Part shown: piece by piece, positions 9,512 through 19,048 of the stretch
How positions within the stretch are numbered: the first letter of the stretch is position 1
Layout of the letters: every line of letters starts with the position of its first letter
DNA from: a virus
Taxonomy: Duplodnaviria > Heunggongvirae > Uroviricota > Caudoviricetes
Virus record (IMG/VR): IMGVR_UViG_3300017792_000001
Location: 200,697 to 264,696 of that record
Strand: one strand, 5' to 3'
Length of the DNA: 64,000 bases
The notes under the pieces: model-generated
The model's database searches: none
Told to the model about the DNA's origin: nothing
Seen by the model: only the letters and a program-made list of their open reading frames with translations
Position numbers and translations under genes: made by a program

Positions 9512-9961
9512 ATGAAACGCATTCTGCTCGCTCTCGCTGTGATCGCATCCACTGGCTGCCACGCTGCTATCTCGAAGCCAGTGCCGATGCAAACCTCAGG
9601 TCCCGTATCGTATCAAGATTCGGGCATCGAAGAGGCTGTCGTCTGCAAGTCGAAGTCGGACGCCATGACGTATGTGAAGTACGCTGGCGACAATGACACC
9701 GAAGGGTATGTCAAGTTTACCAAGACTCAGATGGCCAAAGGCGCCTGCCAGTTTCTGGGTAACAGCGACGCTATGACCGTGGTTGACCACCAGGTCGTGC
9801 TGACTGATAACGGGCCACTGTTCATCATCAAGTTCACTCAAGGCAAAGCTGTCTGGTGGGCCAGCGCAAACTACTTCCCAGCTTCGTACCCAATGAGCGG
9901 CATGTGGGAAGACGAACTGTCAGGTGAGCCGATTGAGGGCTTACTCGGAGAAGACGAGTGA
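9512..9961 (+). CDS. Exported protein / possible lipoprotein
   Basis: Signal peptide MKRILLALAVIASTGC with lipobox-like STGC; AAGGA RBS. Confidence 0.65.
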   Translation: MKRILLALAVIASTGCHAAISKPVPMQTSGPVSYQDSGIEEAVVCKSKSDAMTYVKYAGDNDTEGYVKFTKTQMAKGACQFLGNSDAMTVVDHQVVLTDNGPLFIIKFTQGKAVWWASANYFPASYPMSGMWEDELSGEPIEGLLGEDE

Positions 9962-10248
9962 GGTTTGTGTGGGTGCTTGTCTTGATGTCGCTTGTTTGCC
10001 AAGCCCCGGCTGCCACATACGTTAAACACAATGGCTTCGCGTGCAAGACTCCAGAAATTTGGATGCAGTACGCGACCGCCATTGATAAGAGCGATGCGAA
10101 GACGATCCGTAATGTCCGTCTCTCGCAGCGCTGTGTTGACCTAGTACCCGGTGAAGTCGAAGTCCTTGAGCGCGTGGAGGACTTCTTGCGGATCAAGGCG
10201 AATGATGGTCGCAAACTCTACATTCCCAAGGTGTACATTCGAGAATGA
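9958..10248 (+). CDS. Exported protein
   Basis: Hydrophobic signal peptide MRFVWVLVLMSLVCQAPA; GTGA overlap with previous gene. Confidence 0.6.
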   Translation: MRFVWVLVLMSLVCQAPAATYVKHNGFACKTPEIWMQYATAIDKSDAKTIRNVRLSQRCVDLVPGEVEVLERVEDFLRIKANDGRKLYIPKVYIRE

Positions 10249-11150
10249 AGACCAAGAAGAAAGAGGAGTTGCTGCTGATATTTGATGGCAGCAACTGCAT
10301 GGCGCGGGCTTTCTTCGCCGTGCCGCAGATGACCACCAGCAAAGGCTTTCACACGAACGCCATCAAGGGTACGATCAACATTGTCACTGCCGTGATTCGT
10401 GAGGCAGCACCCACGCACATTGCGCTGACGATGGACCGGAAGTACCCGACGCACCGTCACAACATCTTCGCGGACTACAAGGGCAATCGCGTCCGTGATC
10501 CCGAGGAACAGGCTCGTCTCGTTCCTCAGCGCAAGCCGCTGTATGACTTGCTCCGGGCCATGGGCATTCGCGTAGTTCACAAAGCAGGCGTGGAGGCTGA
10601 CGACATCGTTGGCACTCTCGCCCGCAAGGCTGCACGTAAAGGCATGCGAGTCATCATCGTGTCGAACGACAAAGACTTTGGCCAGTTGCTGGATGATCCG
10701 CTGATCGAACAGTGGAAGTACATCGACAAGGTTGTTGGCTACAAGAAGGTCAACGTCACGAACTGCGAGGAAGTCTACGGTGTGCCGCCTGCCAGAGTGA
10801 TCGACAAGCTGATGATGGAGGGTGACAAGGTTGACAACATCCCCGGCGTCAAAGGAATTGGCCTTGCCGCAATTCGGAAGCTGATCGCGACGCATAAGCG
10901 GATCGAGAAGGCCGACCTGTCTGTGTTGAACAAGACCCAGCGCGCCACGTTTGAGGCGAGTCGCAAACAACTCAAGCTGACCCGCGAGCTGGTGACCATC
11001 AACTGCGACATCATGCAGATCAACGTGGCGAATCTCAAACCCACAGAGCCGGACGTCAAGTTGATCAACCGTATCTGTAAAGCGTTAGAAGCCCAGCAGA
11101 TCAGAAACACCGTTCTGCGGTATGTGGCAGATCGTCAGAACCGTATCTAA
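10245..11150 (+). CDS. 5'-3' exonuclease / flap endonuclease (PolI N-domain, T4 RNase H or T5 D15 type)
   Basis: IFDGSN, YKGNR, GVEADD, SNDKDF, GDKVDNIPGVKGIG (H3TH). Confidence 0.93.
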   Translation: MKTKKKEELLLIFDGSNCMARAFFAVPQMTTSKGFHTNAIKGTINIVTAVIREAAPTHIALTMDRKYPTHRHNIFADYKGNRVRDPEEQARLVPQRKPLYDLLRAMGIRVVHKAGVEADDIVGTLARKAARKGMRVIIVSNDKDFGQLLDDPLIEQWKYIDKVVGYKKVNVTNCEEVYGVPPARVIDKLMMEGDKVDNIPGVKGIGLAAIRKLIATHKRIEKADLSVLNKTQRATFEASRKQLKLTRELVTINCDIMQINVANLKPTEPDVKLINRICKALEAQQIRNTVLRYVADRQNRI

Positions 11151-11170
11151 AAACATATCCATTAGCGCTA

Positions 11171-11258
11171 TAGACGTGCCCGCTGCGATGTGATATACTA
11201 GCCACGTGTAGCGACCCGAGCTACAACACTATTGGTTACGAACTTAGATAAGGTTAAT
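11171..11258 (+). promoter_or_regulatory. Early sigma70-type promoter B with conserved downstream element
   Basis: TAGACG-17-TATACT with extended TG; hairpin tgtagc/gctaca; TATTGGTT-N7-TAGATAAGGTT. Confidence 0.75.
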
Positions 11259-11264
11259 ACGAAC

Positions 11265-11480
11265 ATGACTACTACCTCCGCTTTCGACCTGAACGACATC
11301 CAGCTTTTCATCAACCTGCGCACCAACGAAGTCACCGCGCAGTACGGCGACATTCGTGGCTCTTACGCTCTGGCAGAGTTTGCAAATGACCACGATGCAC
11401 CGCTCGGCGAAATCTCCATCGTCAGCCTGATGCTTTCGGTGCGTGTGAAGTTTGCACAAGAAGCCATCAAAGTTTCCTGA
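11265..11480 (+). CDS. Small hypothetical early protein
   Basis: ACGAACATG start after promoter B. Confidence 0.6.
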   Translation: MTTTSAFDLNDIQLFINLRTNEVTAQYGDIRGSYALAEFANDHDAPLGEISIVSLMLSVRVKFAQEAIKVS

Positions 11481-11568
11481 TTGCCCAAATTCAGTAGCTC
11501 CTAACCCGAGCTACTCTGTGTGGACAAACTCGTACCACAACTTAATCACCAACATGGAAATACTGAAC

Positions 11569-12018
11569 ATGACCAAGAAAATCGAAGCTGCCCTGTCGTC
11601 TGTTAAAGTCGTTCGTCAGGAGCTGGGTGCTGCTACTCGTTCCGTGGTCAAGGCCGCCAAGAACGTTGCAACGCTGGAAGCCAAGCTGCTGGCCGCTCAG
11701 CAAGAACTCGACACCGCCGCTACCCGTGCCGAAGACGCCTTGAAGAAAGCACTGGCGACCACCAAGGCTCTCGACACTTCGAAGCTCAAGAAGGTCCCGG
11801 CCGTCAAGCCAGCCACCAAGACCACCGCGAAGCCGCTGCCGAAGCCTGCTGCCAAGGCAACTGCAAAGCCAGTCGCGAAGAAGCCTACCCGTGCTGAAAC
11901 CCGCGCTGCAAACAAACCAGCGGCCAAGCCTGCTGCGAAGCCAGCGGTCAAGAAAGCCCCGGTGAAAGCTGCTGGCAAGAAGTCCGTAGTTGCGATCAAG
12001 AACAGCGCCGCTATCTAA
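11569..12018 (+). CDS. Histone H1/AlgP-like DNA-binding protein (coiled coil + KPAAK repeats)
   Basis: N-terminal coiled coil then KPAAK/KPVAK repeats. Confidence 0.75.
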   Translation: MTKKIEAALSSVKVVRQELGAATRSVVKAAKNVATLEAKLLAAQQELDTAATRAEDALKKALATTKALDTSKLKKVPAVKPATKTTAKPLPKPAAKATAKPVAKKPTRAETRAANKPAAKPAAKPAVKKAPVKAAGKKSVVAIKNSAAI

Positions 12019-12038
12019 CAGCGCCGCGTAGTTTGCAT

Positions 12039-12066
12039 GGGCGGTGGGAGCACTGCCGCCCTTTGT
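12039..12066 (+). terminator. Terminator-like hairpin
   Basis: gggcggtgg / ctgccgccc stem followed by tttgt. Confidence 0.6.
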
Positions 12067-12082
12067 CTAAGGGGTTAAGAAG

Positions 12083-12334
12083 ATGGTCAAGGAATTTATA
12101 CCGGAGGGTTTCAAGCCGGATGAAGAAGCGGAAGAACTCGCCAGACAGATCCGTCTGCTAGAAGCGAGTCTGTCCCGAACGACCACAAAGCCGACTCGCA
12201 GTCGTGCAGTGCAGCCGGAGCCAGTTGAAGCACCGGAGCCCTACGCAAACAAAGCCAGCATCTTCCTTGACGAAGACGAAGGTGCTCGCAGATTGAACGG
12301 TGGCCCGCGCGGTCGCGTCCATTCTCGTTTCTGA
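12083..12334 (+). CDS. Hypothetical protein
   Basis: 83 aa ORF. Confidence 0.55.
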   Translation: MVKEFIPEGFKPDEEAEELARQIRLLEASLSRTTTKPTRSRAVQPEPVEAPEPYANKASIFLDEDEGARRLNGGPRGRVHSRF

Positions 12335-12392
12335 CAATCACATGCGCAATTAACGGACCTCAGGGTCCGTTAGCCATTTCTCGGGTCTAAAA

Positions 12393-12641
12393 ATGAACGC
12401 ATTGATAATCTGGTGGTGCAGCGTCAAGCCCAAAGCGAAGTGGTTGATCGTGTGGGCGTTCCTGTATTTCAACGTCTGTATGCTCCTCCTGTTCTTCGAC
12501 TTGTTTGAAGACTGGAACTGGCTGAACCAGTTTGTGTGGATCTTCATCAGCTCCATTCCGCTGTGGAACAAACGCCTCGCTACGTGGCTCAACATGAACC
12601 CGAAGTTATCCGACTGGTTCAAACGCAAACTAACCAAGTAA
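12393..12641 (+). CDS. Small Trp-rich membrane protein
   Basis: Two hydrophobic aromatic-rich segments. Confidence 0.6.
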   Translation: MNALIIWWCSVKPKAKWLIVWAFLYFNVCMLLLFFDLFEDWNWLNQFVWIFISSIPLWNKRLATWLNMNPKLSDWFKRKLTK

Positions 12642-12658
12642 CAAAAGGAACCTCGAAC

Positions 12659-12976
12659 ATGCGCAAGTTACTCATTGCACTGGCAGTTGTGGCACAGCCT
12701 GCATTTGCCGACAGCTACCTGATGTCGTTTACCCCGGAAGGCCACGCTCAGTTGATCATGGAGCACGACCTGGCCCTCCCGCCGAATCCCCTTATGCGTG
12801 GCCCGCTTTTCTGGTCGTTGATCGACGACGAGAACCCGCATGTTTCTGAGTACATCGGAGCCGCAGAGACGGTCGTTGTTATGTCCGATGCCAAGCGTGA
12901 GAAACTCCGAGCGCAGTGCGAACATATCGACGATGCCTGCGTTGATTCCATCCTCAGTGAACAAGGCCATGACTAA
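12659..12976 (+). CDS. Exported protein
   Basis: Signal peptide MRKLLIALAVVAQPAFA; AAGGA RBS. Confidence 0.65.
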   Translation: MRKLLIALAVVAQPAFADSYLMSFTPEGHAQLIMEHDLALPPNPLMRGPLFWSLIDDENPHVSEYIGAAETVVVMSDAKREKLRAQCEHIDDACVDSILSEQGHD

Positions 12977-13343
12977 GCAAAGATTGACCAAGAAGCAGCA
13001 AACGGCTTTGCGTCAAGCGAAGCTACAAGAACAGGCCGCACTCCAGAAGGCTTTGAAGCAGCGACCAAAGATCGACAACCGAGAGATATCGGTGAATGCC
13101 ATACCACGTTATGATTACGAAGATCGAGTAGGCATCCGTAGCTTGCCCTCAGCGCCAGAAGCGCCGGAAGTATTGCACGCGAAGCCTGTCTACGAGAAAG
13201 GTTCTGAGTTGGCTGTGAGGGAGCAGTTGGCTCAGGAAGAAAAGGACAGAAAGCGAAAACGCCTTGCCCCGCTGTACAACAAGGGCCCGGTGCAGTACAT
13301 CACCGACGACGCCGACCCGAAAGAACTCGGTCGCAAACTCTGA
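12969..13343 (+). CDS. Conserved phage protein resembling T4 gp61.1
   Basis: C-terminal APLYNKGPVQYIT..LGRK motif as remembered for that family. Confidence 0.6.
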   Translation: MTKQRLTKKQQTALRQAKLQEQAALQKALKQRPKIDNREISVNAIPRYDYEDRVGIRSLPSAPEAPEVLHAKPVYEKGSELAVREQLAQEEKDRKRKRLAPLYNKGPVQYITDDADPKELGRKL

Positions 13344-13352
13344 GAGGCAAAC

Positions 13353-14216
13353 ATGAACGCCATCATCCGCAGTAACGAGCACTTGATGCCCGCGCTGACC
13401 TTCGCAAACAAACAGATCGACCAATTCGGTGCGCGCAAGCGGCTTACCTTCTCCGAACTGGCGCTGATCGTGGAAGCGATCTACACCATGTGCAACCTCA
13501 GCGGCAGCCTCGTGCTGTCGTATGCGTTGCTCTCCCGTGCCAAGTGCCTGGTGCTGGACGAACACGGTTACTTCACGCTGCATGACGTGAACGACACCAA
13601 GTTCGACCACATCATCCCAAACTTCTTGCGTGACCTGCCGTTCTACATGGACAACAAGGTCAAGTACGAGCAGCTTGACACGTTCGTTCCCCTATTCACG
13701 CTTGGCCTTGGCGCAAACACCGTTGTGTTGAAGAACACGATCTGGGTACGCAGCCGCGAGCGTAACGATATTCACCTGCCGATTCTCCTGGGGAGTCAGA
13801 TGGTGGATGCTTCACAAGTGGATAACAAGCACGCCAGCGTTGTGGTGCCGATTGTTCACTTGGTCAAAGATGCGCCTGTTTGTTCCTTGTTGCAACTTCC
13901 TGCTGCGACGTTCGACAAGGTGTACGCATCGACGGTACGGGCACAGCGCACAAGCCATAGCGGCTTCGCGTTGAGTCTGCGTAAAGCGAGTGGCCGCCAC
14001 AGCCATCCGGATGTGTTTATCAAACCTCTGGATCAACGACTGTCGCGGGACAATGTGCATAACGTTGTCGGTCAGTTCTGGCCAAACTATGAGGCATATG
14101 CCAAGAAGATTGCGGCGCAGAATGCAAACATGCCCAAGCATGTGATCGAAGCGGTGACGCACACGCTGATCAACACTCAAAAGAAGCCGGGCGAGTTGTC
14201 TGCGCTGATCTTTTGA
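13353..14216 (+). CDS. Hypothetical protein
   Basis: 287 aa ORF, GAGG RBS. Confidence 0.7.
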   Translation: MNAIIRSNEHLMPALTFANKQIDQFGARKRLTFSELALIVEAIYTMCNLSGSLVLSYALLSRAKCLVLDEHGYFTLHDVNDTKFDHIIPNFLRDLPFYMDNKVKYEQLDTFVPLFTLGLGANTVVLKNTIWVRSRERNDIHLPILLGSQMVDASQVDNKHASVVVPIVHLVKDAPVCSLLQLPAATFDKVYASTVRAQRTSHSGFALSLRKASGRHSHPDVFIKPLDQRLSRDNVHNVVGQFWPNYEAYAKKIAAQNANMPKHVIEAVTHTLINTQKKPGELSALIF

Positions 14217-14223
14217 CTACCAC

Positions 14224-14313
14224 TTGTGCTCATTTAGCAGCATGTGATATGATGCCGTCGTGAGCGACAAGCAGCTTCAAACATAATGGTTCTAAACTTA
14301 GATCAGGTTAATT
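14224..14313 (+). promoter_or_regulatory. Early sigma70-type promoter C with conserved downstream element
   Basis: TTGTGC-18-TATGAT with extended TG; TAATGGTT-N7-TAGATCAGGTT. Confidence 0.75.
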
Positions 14314-14327
14314 GAGGAAGTACGAAA

Positions 14328-15692
14328 ATGGCTATCGACAAAGCGACGTTGAAAGAAATGGTTGGCAAGCGTATCACCATCGACGGTACCAAACACCGTG
14401 TGGAAAAAGTGGTCATGAAGACCGGCCTGATCGTCACACGCGATGGCGCAGAGGCTCTGGCGGAGGGCGTCTACAAGAAAGGTCCTGGGTTCTTCTATGA
14501 CTCGCCGAAGGGCAGCAAGAAGAAGGCTGCAGCCGCTGCCGAACCCGTGAAAGAAACTGCGCGTGCTCGCCGTGCCCGTGAGAAGGCAGAGGCTGAGCCA
14601 GTAGAGACAGCCCGCGAGAAACGTGCGCGTCTCAAGCGTGAAGCCGAGGAAGAGGAGGAACCAGCCAAGCCTGCGCGTGCTCGCCGTCGTTCCTCTGACA
14701 AGACTCCTGGCGCCAAGGGTGACGGTGCCAAAGTCCCTGGCAAGAAAAAGAAATTGTTTGAAGCGTTCACCCAGGCCATTGCCGAGCGTGTCAGTCAAGA
14801 GTCCTACGATCTGCTGGCCGAAGCGTACGGTGATCGTGGTGACTACGCCATCACGCCTGTTGCTGTCGGCGCCGCGTTCGACAATGACGCGCTCAAAATC
14901 ACCATCACCGTGATGTCGGCGGGCAAGTCGGCGAAGGAAATCAAAGCCTACATCCGCGACCATCGCGAGGCTACAGACATCGCCAGTGACGACGAGGAAG
15001 ATGATGACCTCGACGATGATGATCTGGAAGACGATGACAGCGAAGACGAGGACCTGGAGGATGACGACAGCCTCGAAGACGAGGAAGATGACGAGGAGGA
15101 CGATGATGACTCCGAAGACGCCTTCGAGGCTGCGTTGAACGAACTCTCCTTGAAGGATCTGCGCAAGATCGCCAAGGACATGGAAATCGACGACTACAAG
15201 GACTTCTCCAAGGAAGACCTGGCACAAGAACTGTCCGAGTACGAAGAATCGGATGTCCGTGAATCGGCAGCCACTGCCGGCGTAACACTTGGCGATGGCG
15301 ACGAGGAAGACGATGATGCAGAAGATGACGATGACGATGGATCGGAAGACGATGCCGACGACGAAGAACAGGAAGAAGCGGCTACTGTCGAAGACCTGGT
15401 GGGCGAGGTACTGGAAGTAGCACCAGACCTGAAAGCCAAGTCGGTCACCAAGTTTGTTGAAGCGTTCCTCGCCAACGACGAGTGCCAAGAGAAGTTTGAC
15501 GGCGAACTCGTACCTGGCCGTACCCAGCTGCAAGAGAAGGGCAACAAGGGCCCTGAAATGTTGCTGCTCGGTTACGACGAAGCCAACGAAGTGATCAAGC
15601 TGCTGAACATCAGCACCGGCAAGACTCGCAGCAAGACCATCAGCGAAGTCGTCCACATGGAAATCCTGGAAGCGGCTGACGACGCCGAGTAA
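14328..15692 (+). CDS. Multidomain acidic protein with Rho-N/HeH-like nucleic-acid-binding motif
   Basis: LNELSLKDLRKIAKDMEI...SKEDLAQEL between two D/E tracts; R/K-rich segment. Confidence 0.65.
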   Translation: MAIDKATLKEMVGKRITIDGTKHRVEKVVMKTGLIVTRDGAEALAEGVYKKGPGFFYDSPKGSKKKAAAAAEPVKETARARRAREKAEAEPVETAREKRARLKREAEEEEEPAKPARARRRSSDKTPGAKGDGAKVPGKKKKLFEAFTQAIAERVSQESYDLLAEAYGDRGDYAITPVAVGAAFDNDALKITITVMSAGKSAKEIKAYIRDHREATDIASDDEEDDDLDDDDLEDDDSEDEDLEDDDSLEDEEDDEEDDDDSEDAFEAALNELSLKDLRKIAKDMEIDDYKDFSKEDLAQELSEYEESDVRESAATAGVTLGDGDEEDDDAEDDDDDGSEDDADDEEQEEAATVEDLVGEVLEVAPDLKAKSVTKFVEAFLANDECQEKFDGELVPGRTQLQEKGNKGPEMLLLGYDEANEVIKLLNISTGKTRSKTISEVVHMEILEAADDAE

Positions 15693-15748
15693 CACCACCG
15701 GGGCCTCCGGGCCCCAACCCCTACGAACATGATGCCGAGATAACTACC

Positions 15749-16222
15749 ATGCTTGATTCAATTGCTGAGCTTTTCCGTTTAGCGACGTTCTTTCCGAAAC
15801 TGACGGGCCTACGCAAACACGTAGAGCCAAACACTGGTGATTGCACCAACATCGAGTCGATCGGCATCGTCGTGCGTTCTGTAAATGTAGAGTTCGTTCG
15901 CTATAAACAATGTGGTGATCCGCAGGTGCTGGTTATGATTCACAGCACCGAACGTGGTTCTGCCATGTTCATGTGCAACAGCAAGATTCTGGCTGACAGC
16001 GAACAGGCAGGCAAACTCCTGTACAAGCTGATCGACTCGGATCTAAAGGATCTGGTGGACGAAGCCAACGATAAGGTGTTTCGTGAAGGCATGCGTCAAT
16101 TGGAGCTAAACAGCGCCATCCGCCGTGCCACGCCTGTAGTGAGTGACGCTCAGGCTGACGACTTCATCAACAAAACTTCCGACGGTGAGTTTGCCACCGT
16201 ATCCGAATTCTATAAAGGCTGA
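15749..16222 (+). CDS. Hypothetical protein
   Basis: 157 aa ORF. Confidence 0.6.
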   Translation: MLDSIAELFRLATFFPKLTGLRKHVEPNTGDCTNIESIGIVVRSVNVEFVRYKQCGDPQVLVMIHSTERGSAMFMCNSKILADSEQAGKLLYKLIDSDLKDLVDEANDKVFREGMRQLELNSAIRRATPVVSDAQADDFINKTSDGEFATVSEFYKG

Positions 16223-16227
16223 TTGTC

Positions 16228-16575
16228 ATGAGTGAGTCTCTGCAAGTAATCCTAGCTGACTTCATTGGTGACGATGAAATCAACTGCTCCGTATTTCCCG
16301 AGGACCAATTCGGCCTGCCTGAAGTTGACGGCAAGATCACCGAAGAAGCTCTCACCGTGCTGGGCGAGTTTAACCTGCTCGCGGCTGATCGCAACGTCGT
16401 TGCCATCCCTTGCGCCATTCAAGGCGTAACCGGTGTGTTCATGGCTAAGCTGGATGTGGAGCTGTCCGACAACGACTTGCAGGTATATGCGATGTTTGCA
16501 GAGCCTGTGATCGCAGGCAACCACGTCGAGGCACTCAACTGCCAACGCTTTATCGCCCTGCTGAAAAAAGTGTGA
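16228..16575 (+). CDS. Hypothetical protein
   Basis: 115 aa ORF. Confidence 0.6.
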   Translation: MSESLQVILADFIGDDEINCSVFPEDQFGLPEVDGKITEEALTVLGEFNLLAADRNVVAIPCAIQGVTGVFMAKLDVELSDNDLQVYAMFAEPVIAGNHVEALNCQRFIALLKKV

Positions 16576-16595
16576 ACAGTAAGCAGGAGGTGCCT

Positions 16596-17984
16596 ATGAA
16601 AGCAGAAGCATTACAAACCTGTCTGAATGACCTGTATGAGCGCAACTTTCTGGTGCGTACTACGGACAAGAAGGCTAACCACCTTGAATACGAAAAGCGG
16701 TTCGATACCGTGTTCCATCATCGGTTCGTGTTCAAAGGTCGGCTGATCGACGAGGAGATTGACATCGTGCCTGCGCTGCCGAAAGCTGCACTCTCGGGTA
16801 TTGTGCTGGGCGCCATCAATGGCAACCTCCCCGACATGGCAACCGTCGCTATGATGTACAGCGCCGGCTTTGCACTGCCGCACGATTTGGTCAAAGCAGA
16901 AGCATGGGGCTGTTTCGCCTGTATGCAGCCAGCGCCAAACGCAACGTATGTGCAAGCCATAGCAAGTTTGAAAGCCGATCACAAGCAGGCACAAGCGCGA
17001 GCGCGTGACGAAATGATCTGGCCCGAGGAGTTCGAGGAAACAATCGAGACCGTCCTCACCAAATGCAATGCGTTGCGCCCGTACAAGAACCAGCCGCTCC
17101 CTCGTGGCGCACTGATCACACCACGCCTCGCTGGCGTGAAGATCAATCTGGTGTACCGCGCATACAAGATCGGCGACAAGTTCCACGCTCACCTGTACGG
17201 TGCGTTCATGCACATCGGCGGCAAGATCGTGTATACGTTGGATCAACTGCGCTATCTGGACATTCCGATTGAACTCGGCATGCACGGTCCGCGCAAGATC
17301 ATCAACAACTATACACCGTTTGGTGAGACTGCAAAGTTGTACGTGGTTCAAGGCACTCTGGTTGCGCCGAAGGGATTGCGTGAAGATATGCGCAAGCACT
17401 TCCCTGACGTGCGAACTGTGAAAGACTTGTTAGACCACTATATGGCAAGCCTGAAGCGCGTTCGTATTGACGACTTCGGGTTTGTTATTGCGGACCTGCG
17501 AGAGAAGCTGCGTGAGTGTACGTCGCGCCTTGCACGGTACGCTGGCAAGAAGAAGTATGCTGATGAATACAGCAAACTCCAAAAGCGTAAAGCCAAGTTA
17601 GAAAAGCGCATCGAGAACGAGTCTGCCGAGTTGGAAGCGGCAAGGGCGGAATATGTAAAGACACTGCCTGAGCACTACGTTCGATTCGTGGCGACTGGAA
17701 TGTTTGTATACCAGAACGGCAAGCTGATGGGCCCGCAAGTGCGTATCCGTACTCCCGTTCACCTGCAATCGCTGGGTTTCCGAACCCTGTATCATCCAGT
17801 CGTTGAGTTTGTTGGCTATGAAGTCGAGAAGGATGGGTCACTATCTGGATTTGATAATATCATCGCCAAGTTTGAATCAGCATTCGATGACCAGTACACC
17901 GTGACAGGTTTGACTATCAGACCTGGTGCGCAAAGTGTAAACATTAACCGTTGCTACTCGTATACGAAGTCAAAAGGAGAATAA
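16596..17984 (+). CDS. Degenerate NAD-dependent DNA ligase adenylation-domain-like protein with a Sel1-like repeat
   Basis: TPRLAGVKINLVY (cf. PKxDG..ISLxY), VVQGTL, RFVATG, LQSLGF, YTVTGLTIR; AGGAGG RBS. Confidence 0.5.
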   Translation: MKAEALQTCLNDLYERNFLVRTTDKKANHLEYEKRFDTVFHHRFVFKGRLIDEEIDIVPALPKAALSGIVLGAINGNLPDMATVAMMYSAGFALPHDLVKAEAWGCFACMQPAPNATYVQAIASLKADHKQAQARARDEMIWPEEFEETIETVLTKCNALRPYKNQPLPRGALITPRLAGVKINLVYRAYKIGDKFHAHLYGAFMHIGGKIVYTLDQLRYLDIPIELGMHGPRKIINNYTPFGETAKLYVVQGTLVAPKGLREDMRKHFPDVRTVKDLLDHYMASLKRVRIDDFGFVIADLREKLRECTSRLARYAGKKKYADEYSKLQKRKAKLEKRIENESAELEAARAEYVKTLPEHYVRFVATGMFVYQNGKLMGPQVRIRTPVHLQSLGFRTLYHPVVEFVGYEVEKDGSLSGFDNIIAKFESAFDDQYTVTGLTIRPGAQSVNINRCYSYTKSKGE

Positions 17985-17987
17985 CCC

Positions 17988-19043
17988 ATGACCACTATCG
18001 CCTCCGAAGCTGATCGCCTCGCCCAACAAATCGTGAGCGAGCAAGACAGCACCGAGCCCCTGACCGCAGTTGCTACTGCCGCTACCCGCGCCGACCTGGG
18101 CGAAATCAACATCCCGGACGTCGATGACGGTGTTGACAGCGAAGACGAGTTCCAACCACGACTGCTGAGCCAAATGCTTTCGCAAGCTGCTGGTGAAGTC
18201 GGCATGGTTCGTCTGAGCATCAAGCCGAACCTCGCATTCGTGCTGAACCTGTTCAACGACCAGATCCACGAAGAACTGGTTACCGTCGGCAACTTCGAGA
18301 ACGAGGGTGATTCGTTCAACATCATCCAGCCGCTCGCGAAGAAGAACGAGCGCTCCGGCCGCGTCGGCGTGCTGCGTGAACCGATGCGTGAGTTCGTCAA
18401 GGTGTTGAACACCATGCTCGACTACACCGACACCATCGTGACCAGCCCTGAATCGGGTACCACGATCGTCGATGCGCTGGTGACTGAATTCACCACCCTG
18501 GCCGAGAACACCCTGTTTGCAAACTTCCCGCTGATCGACGGCCGCCGTGCAATTCCTGTGCTGTCCGGCGACGAAGAAGCTCCGGGCTACCTGCTCGACG
18601 TGAACCACTTCCTGCGCGTTCACACCCTGATCGAAGCGCAGCAAGACGTTGCCGAAACCGGCCTGGTTACCGACGTTACGGTAACTGTGAAATTCGTTGT
18701 ACATCTGCGCGTTCCGTTGTTGCTGCGTGAATCGAGCGACAAGTTCGAGAAGACCCTGAAGGGCCACTTCAAGTACCTGGAAAACGCTGGCACCAAAGCT
18801 GGTATCCCGACCACGATCTACGCTGGCTTCAACTCTACCGACCTGGCAGCGCCTGCGGTCGTCAACGCTCTCAACTGGATTCGCGAAACCGATCCAGGCA
18901 TGGAAGTGCTGTCGTACCGCAATGCTGATCAAGGCGGTGATTTCCTGGGCGTCCCGGGCTTTGAGTCCGAAGACTACGCCGACACCCTGTTCAACGGCGG
19001 CGATTTCATCGTCGCTTTCAATCTCGAAAATGAAGGTGAGTAA
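17988..19043 (+). CDS. Hypothetical protein (codon usage suggests high expression)
   Basis: AGGAG RBS; upstream GTGTAAA motif. Confidence 0.75.
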   Translation: MTTIASEADRLAQQIVSEQDSTEPLTAVATAATRADLGEINIPDVDDGVDSEDEFQPRLLSQMLSQAAGEVGMVRLSIKPNLAFVLNLFNDQIHEELVTVGNFENEGDSFNIIQPLAKKNERSGRVGVLREPMREFVKVLNTMLDYTDTIVTSPESGTTIVDALVTEFTTLAENTLFANFPLIDGRRAIPVLSGDEEAPGYLLDVNHFLRVHTLIEAQQDVAETGLVTDVTVTVKFVVHLRVPLLLRESSDKFEKTLKGHFKYLENAGTKAGIPTTIYAGFNSTDLAAPAVVNALNWIRETDPGMEVLSYRNADQGGDFLGVPGFESEDYADTLFNGGDFIVAFNLENEGE

Positions 19044-19048
19044 GTAAC

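Noticed and set aside
12001-12027. 11-bp direct repeat aacagcgccgc around a stop codon
   Set aside because: A single short duplication with no associated element
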